From Gnetum montanum (taxonomy: Eukaryota; Plantae; Gnetophyta): a stretch of DNA of 64,000 bases. Each line of letters opens with the position of its first letter. The stretch's first letter is position 1. The stretch is taken from the NCBI GenBank assembly GCA_015680685.1, contig MNCI01000286.1, positions 220,659 to 284,658 of the forward strand. The letters run 5' to 3'. Below the pieces are notes generated by a model. It did not search any database. It worked only from the letters and a program-made list of their open reading frames with translations, and was not told where the DNA came from. The translations under genes were made by a program, and so were the position numbers. This document shows positions 26,861-41,500 of the stretch, piece by piece.

Positions 26861-28969
26861 ATTTCAAAAAGAAATTCGTAATTATTATATATTTGATTAT
26901 TATGGCCTCTCACAGTTATCAATTTTTTGTTTATTGTACCCTTGAATGGTTGGTATGGTCGGTTAGGAGAATTGATGAAGTCCATTAACTTTTATTTGAT
27001 TAGTTAATTGAAATATTCTTATTATGTTCTTATTCTTACCATTATATTATCTTCTAGGTGTTAGGAAATTTTTGCTCAATCTTCCTTATCTACATGCAAT
27101 ATAACCCCCTCCACCAACTAAGTTGAGCACTCTAGGATCAATAGGATTCAAGAAATTTACAAATCAGAGTTGCAGTGAGGAAGTTATGGCATTGAGAAGT
27201 TTGGTTGCTAGTGCGCAGAAAAACTACATGAACTCCCCTTATGTTGAAATGGTAGAATGAAAATTTTTTCTAACTCTCATGTGCTTATATAGTATTTTTA
27301 TATGTGTAACATTGTAGATGCAACATCGTAGTTGTGACATCATAGGGCATATGACATCGTAGTTACTACGTCACGTGAGAAAAATTCTAAATTTTTGATA
27401 ATTTTTAATGAAAAAATTAAGTCAATTGGATCATTTGGAAGATATGTAGGTTGTATAAAGGATCTTGAGTCATAGATGATGCTTGGATTACAAAAATTTG
27501 GTGCTCAAAGGTTATAAGGAAGGAATCTTAGGCAACAAAGGTTAATTAGGTATATATGAGATGAATTGAGAATGAATAATGTATGGATAGACTATAAAAA
27601 TTTTGGGAAGTAAACTTAAGTGATAAAGTGTCATGGAGGCATAAGATGATGTGGAATTGGTCATTAGGTATGAGGTACAAGAGTTATACAAGTGAATCCT
27701 TCCCAAAGTAGGCTTTAGCCTGTGGTTCCCTTGTATAACCATGCCTATAAGTGTCCATAGGCACTCAAGGAGTTGAATGTAGAACATACTTATCTTTCAA
27801 AACACACATGTTAGTATTGCTAGAATGGAAAAATAAAACTATATTATATGAAACCATAGAATTATGATTAAATATACTAGTGAGGTGGAATGGGAGTAGA
27901 AGGAATTGCAGAAATTAGGAGTTAAGGTGTCTTACCATAGGCATAATGAATCCTTGTGTGTAGTATGTAATTAAAGTAATCATTAACCTTTTCATCCAAG
28001 ATCCAAACCAAGTCCATATCACTTTTTAGTGATATTGCATTGTATCATCTCCAAGACTAGTAACCACAAGACTACCACAATTGTAAGAAGTATTACCACT
28101 TGGCAACGTGGTTCAAGAAAGGAGTTTATTAATAGTGCACATATTATTTTAGAGTTTTGAGAAGCCACCTACCTTCAGGCATGGGTAATAGGTCTTTCTA
28201 GTGGAACCCCCAAAAGTTTTATTCCATGACTTTATAATATTTTTATTATGTCAACCTTACTAGAGGACTACCTTTAGGAATGGGTAACATGTCTTTCCAA
28301 TGACCTGGTAAGGCAACACTTATTGTACTCATACTTCCATTATTTGTTAGAACTCAAGAAAATAATACACTCTTAACAATAGGATAAGACTAATAGGAGT
28401 AGTCTTAGAGAATCCAAAAATCTCCTTGATGTCATACCCTTTTCATTTCTACTTGGTTCTTCACTTTTCTATCCAAGCACAATGATCACAAGTTTATTTT
28501 AGTTTTATTGTAAAAAGAATATCATTATGATCATGGTAAGAAGCTCTTGTTATTGGAAATGAGTAGATGGATGATGTGGTCTCACTATATATAGAATCAG
28601 TCTTTCATGATTTGATAATATCGAGTAATCGTCACCTTATTTGAACTACATATTACTTTATTCCTTTGTACTTTATTGGAAAAATCAACAAAAATATGGA
28701 TAAAACAAGTAGCAAAAATCATAGAAAAATGGAAAAATAAAGAAAGAATTTGAGAGATATAAAAGAATGATAAATGATTAAGAAATAGAAAAGCATAAAA
28801 GAATGAAAAGATATTAAAGAATGTGAAAAAGTAATAAGAATAGAAAAAGATTCAATTTGATGCCTAAGTATCACATAGAACACCTCCACATCTATCATTG
28901 AAAATAGTCAACTAGAAGATCAAACAACTTGGAGATGGTTTAGTGAGCTAGGTAGAATTCATGAAAGAA

Positions 28970-31900
28970 TTGGGATGTTCATGGTATGGTTTGACCTATT
29001 GAATATTGACTAGAATAACTTTGTGTGGGTTGGTTGGGTAGTAAATTTGCATGGTGCCTAAGGGATACATTACATGGATGATCTAGGGTCCTTTCCATAA
29101 GGTTTGGAACTTAGCCTTTTGTGGCACATGACTGGGATTATAATATAGGAATTTATTATTTGGTTGACTTGATACTTGTCATATGCATGTGTCATGTCAA
29201 TGCTTGGAATACTTCTTATGTATTTCATTACTCATTAGGGCTACAAGTCCATTTTTTCTAAAAGGTTAAGATTCATGAGACATTCTTTCTATGCTAAGCT
29301 TAAGTCTAGGTAAGTTTACTAGTAGTAGCTAACATTTGTAGTTTTGCTTGGATTAGTAGCATAGGTAGTTTTCCATAGACTAGCTCATAGGACAATTATC
29401 TTATGGAAAGTTTCATTATGATCCTATAGGCCCATAGAAAATAATTTAGTTTAGTGCTCCAATATTTCCTAAATTGACTAATTATTCTAGTTAATATTCT
29501 TGTAAATTCCTAGTTAGTTACTTCTACTTGATCATTGGCTTGGAGGTGGTATGATATAGTCAACTTATGGTTCACCCCAAGTTGTTGCATGAGCTTTTTG
29601 AATCTAGCACTTGTAAAGTATGTTCTGTTATCAAATATGAGCATTCATAGTACTCCAAACCTATTTACCATGTGTTTTTGAAAGAATTTAGCAGTTGTTT
29701 TTACCGTATAATCCTTGACTGTAGCTACTTCTGCCCATTTGGTACAGTAATCAACTATCACTATAATGTATGCTTTTTCATTTAACGTTGGTGTGATGGG
29801 CTCCATGAAATCAACTTCCCATATGTCAAATGGTTCCAATGATTGAATCCATTACTGTGGCCCTTCATTCTTGGCCATTATTCCTCCATGTGCAACCCAA
29901 AATATGGTACACTAGAAGTAGCTTTCTGTCATTAGCTTAAGTGCTATCCTGTGCCCTGCAAAATGACCATCACATGGTCCTTCATGCACATCTTGTAGAA
30001 TTCTTTATTGGTTTTCTTTTGGAACACACTGTCTTACTAATCCATTAGCATAGATCTTATAGAGATGTCCATTTATTTCCATATATCTCTTTACTTTATG
30101 AAGGAACTACTCTTTTAGTTTTGTATTCCACTCAACAGGAAGTTCTTGTGTGAGAAGATAAGTCATATAATCAGTGATCCATGACTTCTCCATTGAGTTG
30201 ACAACTATTGTTGCCGTGGTAAGTAAATTCTCATCAAGAAACTAGTTTGATAATTTTTTTTGCTCTTGTAGTTTCCATTATAATCTTGACAAGTGATTTG
30301 CTATGGCATTCTCTGTTCCTTTCTTTTTAATCATAGTGATGTCAAATTTTTTTAGTATTACAAGCTGCCTTATTACCCTAGGACGTATTGCTGGTTTATT
30401 CATCAGAAATGTTATTGCACTATGATCTGTGTGGACATTAATAGGATACCCAAGCACATAATGTCTGAATTTTCTAGCACATTTACCATTGCAATAAGCT
30501 CTTTTTCTATAGTCATGTAATTAATTTGTGCTCTAGTGATGCTTTTGCTAGCATATCGTATGTACTATGACCTCTTTTGATCATCAAGTTACATTAGTAC
30601 TACACCTAGTGCATAATTAGAAGCATCTGTCATTATGTGAAAGGGCTTGGACCAATTTAGAGCTCAAAGGATTAGTGTTTCTATTAACTTCTATTTGTGT
30701 CTCAAATGCCTTCTCACACTATTCCATCCACTAAAATGGTGCATCTTTCTTGGTCAATTTTACCAATGACTTTACTATTTTGGAAAAACTTTGTATGAAT
30801 CTCTAATAATATCCTATATGACCCAAAAATGATCTAACATCCTTTATAGTTTATGGCCTCTAGGTGATGTTTTGAATGACTCTTATTTTATCTTGATCTT
30901 CCTCTATTCTTTTCTATGATACCCTATGTCCCAAGACGATCCCATCTTGAATCCTTAAATGGCTCTTTTTCCAATTGAGCTTCAAATTTATTTCAAGGCA
31001 CCTTTTTAGCACCTGTTCCAAATAGTTCAATGCCTACTTAAAATATAGCCCATAAGTAGAGAAATCATTCATAAGTACTTCTATGCCATTACCAATTTGT
31101 TTCTAGATAATACTCAATACTAATCTATGGAAAGTAACGGGTGCATTGAACAACTCGAAAGACATTTGATTGTAGACAAATATCCCCCATGAACTAGTGA
31201 ATGTACTCTTCTCTTGATCTTCTAGTGCAATGTAGATCTAGTTTTACCTACTGTACCCATCAAGGAAACTATAGTATTGATGTATTGCTATGGTATCAAG
31301 GATTTGGTCAAAAAATGGTAGAAGGAAATGATCCTTGAATGTTGTGTAGTCCAATAACTTAAAATCAATACATACACACCACTTGCCATTCTTCTTTGGG
31401 ACAATGATCAAGGAATTGATCCATTCACCATCTGTAATGGGATAGATGAATCCTACCTTTAATAGCTTTTTCAATTCTTGTTTTACTACTTCTTTAAGCT
31501 TGGGATTCAACCTTCTCTAAGGCTAGTGGCATGGTTTCATAGCTAGATTTGTGTAAATTTATTATTAACATATTCACAAATTGATGCTTGTGATTTCATC
31601 GTAAGACCATGCAAATGCTATTGGCCATTTTTTTACCACTTCCAATACTATTTTCTTCTAGTCTTTATTAGGTTAGTGTTAATGATTACCAATTTTTTAT
31701 TATTTAGAAAGGCATATGCCAACACCTTCAGTAGGGATTTTAACTCTAACAATTCAAGCTCAAACTTGTTTTTGATCTATAGCTATCTGCATTCAATGTC
31801 TTCTTCTTGGTATGAATGTGTATAGAGGTGTTTTCTCCCTAATTGTTGTAATTTATCCATTTCCTTAACATAGGCACTCATGATTTGATTAGTAGGTTCC

Positions 31901-34800
31901 ATGTATATTTCGAAATCTTTCTCTTTATCAGTAATCAGCCACTAGGTGCCTTCTTTAGTGGCTATTGCATACAGGCATTGTTGCACACACATTTCTTCTA
32001 CATAATGATTGCATGCTATGTTAATTCCTTGTTTAATAGCCTAGATTTTTTGCACACAATTGCATTTTTTAATGCTATATGTGATACATGGAACTCTATG
32101 TATTTGTATAATTCCAACTTTATCTTCCTTGGAAATTCCCAAGGACAAATCTCTAGTTTCTAGATGAGCATCCATATTGCTAAGCCATGCTCTTCCCATT
32201 ATTATAGGGAATTCTCCCTTGTTTTTCCCATGTGTATTACTAAGAAGTTAGCAAGATAGGACCAGCTACTAATAGTGGTGATAACATCATCTACCTATCC
32301 AAGTGGAACAGTGATTGACTAGTTTACAAGCTGTAATTGGATATTGCTTTTTCTTAATGGTGGAAGATTCCAAGCTTTGTACATATCTTGTGAAATTAGA
32401 TTCACTTCTGACCTCGAATCTAATAGAGCCTTTCATGGTTTATGACCTATTATTTGGAGATATATCAAGGGACTTCTTGGATCTGTTCTCTTTTGGGAAA
32501 GTGCTCTTTTTTTTAATCCAATGTGTAATGATCTAGGTGAGCATGATAATAGTTAGATTTGAACTGGTAAACTGTGAAAGCCTGGTATTCCTTGGAAGAG
32601 TATGTGTATATGGGGTTGATGTAGATGGAGTCCCCATTATTTGAATCCTTTCTGGACTTGTTCAAAAGAATGAATGTTTTCCAGATCAACATTCATTTAG
32701 TAGTACCTCCTCTTGTGTGTTTACTACCCTTTTGTAGCATTCTTTTGCTATGCTTGTGGTGGCAGTTCCCCTTACATGAATAGTGGTGGCACTAGTGATA
32801 GAGAATTGAAAGGTTGGTTTGATAAACTAGTTGTTGGCAGATGTGCATAAGAATTGGGGTTCATCCTTGGAGTGGTGGGCCTATAATACTTTGTTGGATA
32901 ATAATGAGAAGAAGTGTGAACTGAAGCATTTCTTAGAAAGATAGGACACTGAATGTAATATCCATAAGGATCTAGTTACCTATATGGATATTGTTGCTTT
33001 GCCAATGGCATTACCCATGCTTGTGGTTGTTGCCATTGTTGTTGGTTTTGCTCTTGTGGTTGAGGATAGGCTCTGCTTGGATAGTAGGTTAGCTAGAAGG
33101 GTAGACTGAGATTACCTTGAGGATAAGTTAATCATATTGGCATTTTCTTTTTAACAAATATTGTGTTAAGTGTGTATGCCCTAGACTCTTACAAGTGGAC
33201 CATAATAGGGCAACATCCCTTAGGATGTTCATATTACCATACTTTTCATCCTTCCTCTTCTACTGAACTAGAGTCTATACATTCCTCAATTGTAGCAAAT
33301 TTTCCTTTTTATCTATAATTCTTTCATTTGTGATCTCTTCTTCTTTTCTTATCTTTATCTTTGTTTAGTGCTTGTTCAGTTCTTTCTTTTACTATCTTAA
33401 GAGCTATAGAAAAATTTTCATCCACCGAGTCCCACATTTTCTCTACCTTTATTGGTATGTCATTAACCAATTTTTGAATTGGTAGAGTCCTTTTCTGGAT
33501 GATATCCTCCAAGCTTTCATCTTCTTACTTATTGTACATTCTGATGTCTCATTTTCTTATTGATGGATCTTGATTATACTCTTCAGTTGATTCTCTTTGC
33601 TTTAGTTCTTCTTCCTTTTTTGCTACTTGGTCTATCAACCTTTGGATTTGATGGATGGTAATCTATGATAATATTTCTTGGGCCTAGAACCCAAGGGTTT
33701 CTTTGGTTTTGTTTCTTAACCTATCAATGACATGTTTGAGTTGTTCTCTCTGTCAGAATCCATGGCCTGGGTATCTATGCAAGAGAGAATAATATCTACC
33801 CATTACTGCATTAAGGGATTCATGTGTCCCTTGCTTCCATCCCTGGATTTGCTTTCTTAGGCTAGATACTTTGGAGTAAGTTTGATACTTGTGATTAAAA
33901 AGCTCTAGCATGGTACTTCATCTTCAAATCAATTCTGGCTCTAAAGATTTGTCCCAACTCTCTACCTCCTTGATGAGTGTTCTAGGAAACAACTTTAATG
34001 TCTACTAATCACTTTCAATGTTTTGGAGGACATAGGCATCACAGAATGCTTGAAGATGGTGTTGTGATTTGAATTGTATCAAATTTCAAATTTAGGAATG
34101 TTATTCATGTCTAGTCACTTAATGTGACTGTCCCTTCTGTGCCTTGTTGAAATATGTATTGCTTCCTTGATATTGATCATATTGTGAGTGGCCAACAGGT
34201 GCTCTTCATGATCATTAGGTTTGTAAGCTTTATTGTAGTGATGTACCCTTTTGCACTCATAGTGCTCTCACTCTTCATGCCTCATCCTATCTCTTCTTGC
34301 TTCTTCCTCATCCTCTTCTCCATTAGAATACCTTCTATGATATTTGTGCCTATCATAATTCCTATGCCTTTCCTTATCATAATCTCTAAGTCTTCATTCC
34401 CTTCTATCAGAGTCTGTTGATGACTATGAGGAGGAAGAGGAAGCAATTGGAGAATGATGTTGGCTAGTTCTCACTCCGTGACTCTGTGATTCATCCCTTT
34501 TTGGTTTCGTAGAAGCTCTGGGCCTTGAGCTCTGCCTATGCTTAGAGTCTTTTTCCTCTCTTTTTGGTGTCTCTATAAGGATCAAATGTAATTGTACCTT
34601 GATAAGTTCTTCTAAATGAATGATAGTTATTTGTGACTAGGATTCATGATGATGGTGGAATTTCTCTATTAATAATGCATCATCATTAACTTCCTCTAGG
34701 ATAACATTATGGTTGACTTTCTTCCCTTTGCTATATTCATGTCTTGTCTCCATAGTAGCATCCCTTCTGAATTTTACTTCTATGGGTTGATACAACCTAG
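28970..34800 (-). pseudogene. Athila-like gag-pol remnant (gag, PR, RT, RH, INT)
   Basis: RT NPKLKEVVKQELKKLL...YSFLDGYS (31244-31510); integrase EPFDIWEVDFMEP...VDYCTKWAE (29645-29839); RH TDASNYALGVVL at ~30600-30630. Confidence 0.9.
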
Positions 34801-35926
34801 TCATGTGTTTGGTCACATGATACCCTTCTTGTGTATAGCCTAGGTTCCATTAAAGTAGCTTGAAGCATGAATGGTGCTGAACATTCTAGAGGCAAAATGA
34901 TGTTTCCTTGTAAGTGTTTTCACCTAAGTTATTTATCTAGATGGAAAATGAATGTAAAGTTAAGATAGTATGGATTGGTGTGAGTGTATGAAATCCTTGT
35001 TTACACAGGTGCACTCTAGTCTTCATCATCATGTTTCTTATCATGACTCTTTTGTGGATCTTTGGTAACTAATGAATTCTCTGTAAGTGTTGAAGCCATA
35101 TTATATGTTTGATGGTTTAGGTATGTGTGTGTGTGTGTGTGTGTTATTAAAATTGATTAAGGATGTAAAGGATAACTTTGTTGTTCTTGATACAACAAAC
35201 TCTATAAGATTAACTACTCAACAAACATTAAAACATCTCTAGCAATGGTGCTAATGATGAGTGGTAGGATGCCCCAACACTCTACCATATAAGTCACAAG
35301 TATTCACGTGTGATTAGATTGTAATCTTAGCAATAGAGTTTGGTTAGGGTTGTAAGAAATTGTTATTGCTTGTGCGCCCAAGTATTAGTATTTATAGGGT
35401 TGCATAGCTTCCAAGACATTGCATCAATGATGATGTAGCATGAGCTATGGTATTGTAGCTACGATATCGTAGATACAATATCATACTTGATGAAAAACTA
35501 GTTTTATCACTTTACAACTGAGGTTCCCTCATAGGTAGTCTCAAGTATGCCCAAATCTCTTTTATAGATTTGCATTCAACTATTCTATTGAATTATGTCT
35601 TTTTAGGAGTACAATATAAGCAATTCCTAGCCTTAGGGTTAAACATGAAACTATTCTTTTCTTCATTAGTCCACTTACATATTGGCTTAAGGGTATTAAT
35701 GGTGCCTCCAGTGGTAGTCATAGTACTTTTGGTTAGAGATGTATATCCATCCAAGTTGGATTGCCAAACTTCAAAATCCATGGATTCAAATAAGTCTTGC
35801 CTATGAGCCTTCCAGTATCCATAGTTCATTTCATAAAAAAAATAGGAATTGTTATATTATGATTCCTCCATTATTCACTTTGAGTTGTTACACTCAATAC
35901 GAGAGTACAAATGCTCTGATATCACT

Positions 35927-36733
35927 TGAGAATTGAGAACTTAGAGAGGGAGGGATGAATAAATTACATTTGAAAAAACAACTAAAAATAAAAAATTGAT
36001 GAAAACTAATGTACATAAGCAATTTATATGGTTTTCCAACTTGGTTAGTCCAACTTTAATGCATATGTGTGATCTCTTTCAAGAGATCCATACAACCACT
36101 CAAGGCAAAAGAAAATAAAAATATAAATTAAGAAAATAGTAAAATCACTTCAGATTCCTTATGTTAGATACATGAAAAAATGGTAAAAGATACATCATAG
36201 AAAGAAGATAAGATATGCTTTGTAGATTCATTTTTCAATTAGCTTGATGTTCATTGCTTGCATTGTTTTAAGTGCCTTGGGGATTTTAAATCTCATTGAT
36301 AAAATATTTCAAAACTAACTAGTATAACCCTAACCTAATTTGGCCAAAGATATCTATGTTTAGGATGCATGCCATTCAGGAAAGATGTTTCTTTAAAGTG
36401 TAGATGTTTTACTATGTTGCTACTCACTTTCAAAAAGGACATCTTCTTTGGGATGTAGACATCTATTTTGTGGGATAGACATATTCTTGCTAGAGTAAAA
36501 ATCTATTATATAATTGCCCCTACATTCTAGAAAGCCATCTTCATGAAAAAGCAGATGTCTACTTGGCAGAGTAGATGTCTTTCCAAGCTTTGTATAAATA
36601 TTTTTTGACCTTTGGGAAAATTCTTCATTTGACTCAGTATTAATCCAATCTTCTTCCATTCATGATTGACTCATACAAAACACAAGCTCACACACACAAG
36701 CACAAATGATCTTCATTTTTAAAGGTTTTGACA
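35927..36733 (-). mobile_element. 5' LTR of the SIRE-like copia element
   Basis: Adjacent to the PBS. Degenerate attcaccccccct-type motif near the U5 end (gagagggagggatgaat) and internal agacatct repeats. TG...CA termini plausible. Confidence 0.65.
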
Positions 36734-38506
36734 TGCTGAAACAAGGATCTATTAATAAGAAGGAGGAAGAAAAAGGCAAGGCCAATGGGGATTTAAGCAA
36801 GGAAGAAAATAATTATAAGGACAATAATTTTTCTAAGATCCAATGCTTTAGGTATGGAGAAATAAAACATAAGCAATGTAAGTATCATCTTTAAAAGGAC
36901 ATTAAAGAAAAGAAGGCTCAAATCATGAAGAAGGAGGAGTCATCACAAGAAGATTCTCTTAGAAATATTTTAAATGTTTCTAAAATTATGAATATAATTG
37001 AAATAAATTTATTCATGGAAATTGTGAATCTGAAGGATAATCCTTCTAGGAAATTGTTGTTTAGAATTGGGACTATATATCTTAAGAGTGGGGAATGAAT
37101 CCTTATTTTAATTAATGGAGGTACTTAAAAAATGTAATTTTTTCTAGGATTGTTACTATGTTAGGTTTAGTAAATCATCTTTATTCTAGTAATTACAAGT
37201 TGCATGGATTATCAAGAAATTTCTCTTAAGATGTAAGGAAGAAACATGTTTTAAAATTTAAAATTTCTAGTTTTATTAATCAAGTTGTTTGTAGACCATT
37301 GCTAATTAATTGTATTGATGTCATCCTTGGGACACCTTGAAATTTTGACAATGGTTCTAAATTTGATAATTCTAAAAATTTTTGATTAGTAGTTAGAAAT
37401 GATGGAATTCATGATTTGATTTTAATAATAGTTAAACAAATGAGGATGTAGTTCTTAATGAATGCATCTTTGATTCTCTTGATGAAGAGAGAATACATTA
37501 GAGAACATGAAAAGATAGGCATTGGTTTTTTTGTGGTATCCACAATTACTTCATCCATGGATGAGTAATGTGATCTTCTACTAGTAGTTGAAGGGTTAGC
37601 CAAGAAATTTCCTAATGTTCTCAAAGAAAAATTGGAAAGCTTAACACTAAAGTAAAATGTTTAATATCAAATTGATTTCACTCCAGATACTACAATTATA
37701 AATGAAAGGACATATTAGATGGCACTATATCAAAGGAAGGAATTTCAAAAGCAAGTATAAGAACTACTTGCTAATGGATTTATGAGAGAATTAATCTCTT
37801 AATATGCAATTCTAGTTGTGCTTGTCCAAAAGAATAAAAGTAAAGAATGGAGGATTTGTATTAACTCAAGAGTAGTAAATAGGATTATGGTAAGGTATTG
37901 TTTCCCTATTTCAAGGATGGATGATATTCTCAATGCTTTGACATATAAAGAAGTGTTTAGCAAACATAATTTAAAGAGTGGATATCACTAGATTAAAATT
38001 AGATTAGATCATGAAGAGAAGATTTCTTTCAAAACACTAGATGATTTGCCTGAATGGCTTGTGATGCCATTTGATTTGACAAATTTTCTTGCTACATTCA
38101 TTATGTTAATGCGTGATGTTTTAAAGTATTTTATCAATAAATATTGCATTGTTTTCTTTGATGACATTATGATGTATAGCTCAAATGAGAAGGATTATGT
38201 TGATCAATTAAGCCTTATGTGTCAAAATTAGGATGAAACCCACCTTTTGATCAACATAAAAGAGTGTTATATTATTATTTTATCCAAAGGGAGATTACAT
38301 AGTTGAAATATGAAATTTTTGAAAATCAAGTGAATATGGAGATAGCTAAAGTGAAGACCATTAGGGAGTGATCAACTCTAAAGGATGTTGGTGAGGTATG
38401 TTCATTTCTTTGTTTGGTAGGCTTCTATAAGAGGTTCATATTGAACTTCAGTGGCATTTCATGGTCAAATTTTTTCTCTTAAACAGGAATCAAACCTTTA
38501 GGTGGG

Positions 38507-41500
38507 TGATAAGGGCATCCTTGGTTGAGACCACAATAGGTCTATTAATAGTACATGTGGTGAACAAGTTGTAAACATCGAAGACAATGGAAACATGAAT
38601 TAAAAATTTTATTTATGTATATCATTGTGCTTAATAAATAAAAAATATTATAATACATATGATATAAGTGAGGAAACCTATGTTGGCATTGTAGGAAAAT
38701 GATATTTTTATAATTTTATATTTTTCATGTATTTTATAAATGTAAAGAATAAAATAATCATTAGAATTCAATGCAATTCCTTGTAAGATAGGTACAATGT
38801 TCATACATGAGAAAGAAGTAAAATACATCTTTGCATTATAATCCCTTATGGGATAGGTGTAATGTAGAAATCTAATACACATGTAAACTATGTCATAATC
38901 CCTTATGGGATCGCTGCAATACTAAGGCACAAAAGTAGTAAAATTTCCTTAGTCACATCCTTGATGACCTAATATCATTTCATACATTTATGACCTTCTT
39001 GGGTAATGAGGAATCATCATAAAGCTTTACGCCACTATGCTAACCTATCTAAAGGAATTAAATTAATTATAATTACAAAATTTAATAAATAATTTTATTA
39101 ATGAGATGTCCTTATCAAGGTTCAAAAAAATAAAATTGGACAATTTAAGGAAATCAAAATGAGCTTTATTCATTACTTAAAGACTTGACCTTGCGTTAAT
39201 CAAATGGTTATTGGCTACAAAAGCATGGTAACACTTCAATAGAGTTTCATTGCACAAACAAGTGAATGAACCAAAACTACTAAAGAAAATAAATTACATA
39301 GTTACCCAAGAAGGGAGAAGAAGCTCTTATGTAAATAAAATTGAAAGAATAAAAGATTCTTTTGAGCTTTTCTCCGTGGGTAAATATAGTTTTTAGGTTT
39401 GTAATGGAGGTAGTGAGGTAGCACACTTAGTGACGTAGTGCACTAGGTGAGATAATGCATGAGGTGAGGTAGTGCACTAAGTGATGCATCATCACTTCCC
39501 AAAACAAGCCCCAAGCTATAGGTTTAACTGTACATGAATAAGTCTATGAATATGAGCTTACATAGAAATAAAAAATTTCCAGTGCATTCCCCCATGACTA
39601 AATTAAGCTAGTCCCTTAACTTACAATAATAAAACTTGGATTAGAAATAACTTGACTTATGGTCGATGCAAAGAAGTTACAACAAGATATGACATAAGAC
39701 ATAACATCAACTTGCCATATTAATAAGAAGCATCAAGAAGTGATGGTTTTGGTGAAATAGCTTCTAGTATGCTTGACATAAATTGAGGGTATAGGGGATA
39801 TCTCTAGACTTGCTCTTCTAAGCTCTTCACTGTTACTTGAAAAATTGTACTTTGGTTCCATATCAATTCTCACTTCCATAGTTATACCTAACATTGTTAG
39901 TTTCTCTCTAGTTTGCATTGATCATGATACCAACTTGCCTAGGTGAGTTCATGTTGCATGAGTTCTAATATTCTCTTAGACATCTTTTGAACCAATGAGA
40001 TCTATGAATGGATTACCCAGCTTCACTTTGGGTAGTCATTGCTATGCATATCCTCCACTTGGTATTCAAGGAATGAGATTTGTGACCTTTGGATCTTCTT
40101 AACTAGGAAGGTTTAGTTGGATTAGGTTTAATTTGTGGTTTAAGTGGTACTTGTCTTTCAACTAGTTCAATCACAAAGGGCCAAGATTCTTGTTGGGACT
40201 TATTTTGATGTAAAAAATGCTCAAAAAATCATGTAACTTTCCCAAGACTCTATACCTCCATTGCAAAAAATGCTAGCAACAACAATGAAAAGATAAAATT
40301 CAAGGAAAACATGTGAAATATTATTACAATTGAGGTTCCAACACATGCATGTATGTAAAATATGATATAGGAATTTTCAAAAATTATACTTAATTTTGCA
40401 CCTTTTCCCCATGAATGAGGTATAAGACAACTAGCTTGGACAAGGAAAATAGGACTAGAAAAAGGTAGAAAATAACACTTAAAAAAAATTTAAATTAATA
40501 AAATAAAGAAAATTAAATAAAAAAAATGAAAAATACCATTCTAGTCACCAAATTTTTTAAATTGAGTTACATGAAGTTCACATAAAAATTTCTCAATGTA
40601 TTTGATCATTGTGCTTTTTGTCACTAGACTTGAAATTGAAGAAAAATGTGAATCCCATTATTGTAAAAGTAAAAGAAGAAAGTAGAAACATGAGTTTTTA
40701 AAGAATAAAAAAGGATCATCACTTGGAGACACAATTATCATTGGTTTTGGGAGGGTTAGTGGATGAGCGAAAGCCTAACCTCTTCAAGTGACTATGCCTA
40801 AATTCAAACGAAAGTTTTCAACTTGAGAAAAAAGCACCGTACCATCACTCTAGATCTTCAACTAACTAGGACTAAAATTCATTAAATAATTTAATAAATG
40901 AACATGTAAGTAGGTAGGAAATTAAAATTAACAAAAAATGAAATTTCTTGGTCAACCAATAAGACCTATAGAGTCACTACTACTTGAGCATGAGACTAAT
41001 CAAGGGCTTTAGGTAATGTAACCACTACCATCCCATAGGAAATTAAGCATTGACATCACTCACTCATAATGCTGAGCCATCAATAATTTGCAAGTGGATT
41101 TTTTACATGGTAGGATCTTACCTTTTTTCCCTTGTAAATCCTGTTGACGAGGCACCTATGGATTCCTAACAACTAGCGAAACATTAGCATCAAATGTGAA
41201 TTCATCCCTTGGATGACGAAACCTCATCCTTTGCTTCAGCTTGGTTGACATCTTTCATGCATAAGAATGAACTAAAGATGGTCTAAAGAGGGAGAAAGAG
41301 ATGAAGAACTTAAATGGACTAAAGAGGAAAAAGAAAAAATGCAACAGCATTGGATTCCAACCAATAATTCAATTAGCTCATTGGAGCATGAGAGCATTCA
41401 CCACACTTCACAAGGAATCTTCTACTAATTTCCTTTATCACTGCTCACCCAACTAGTAAGGATAACCATCTAAGATTTCCTTTAGAGATGCAAGATAACA

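Larger units (their letters stand above)
22892..35509 (-). mobile_element. Complete Athila-like Ty3/gypsy element (12.6 kb) with 5-bp TSD cttta
   Basis: TSD cttta at 22887-22891 and 35510-35514. 3' LTR 22892-23737 with PPT at 23738-23750; 5' LTR 35255-35509 with degenerate tRNA-Asp PBS at ~35235-35254. Removing the element rejoins the copia gag frame. Confidence 0.92.
14300..36733 (-). mobile_element. SIRE/Maximus-like Ty1/copia retrotransposon, degenerate, interrupted by the Athila-like insertion
   Basis: tRNA-iMet PBS (gctctgatatca 35913-35924). gag NYGYWK...LETTYEGTSVVK/SKLL, zinc knuckle ICYHYGRFGHMSYYC (~21680-21720), protease WYIDSDCSQHMTGD, then INT-RT-RH in copia order and an extra 3' ORF. 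Left (3') boundary not resolved. Confidence 0.85.
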
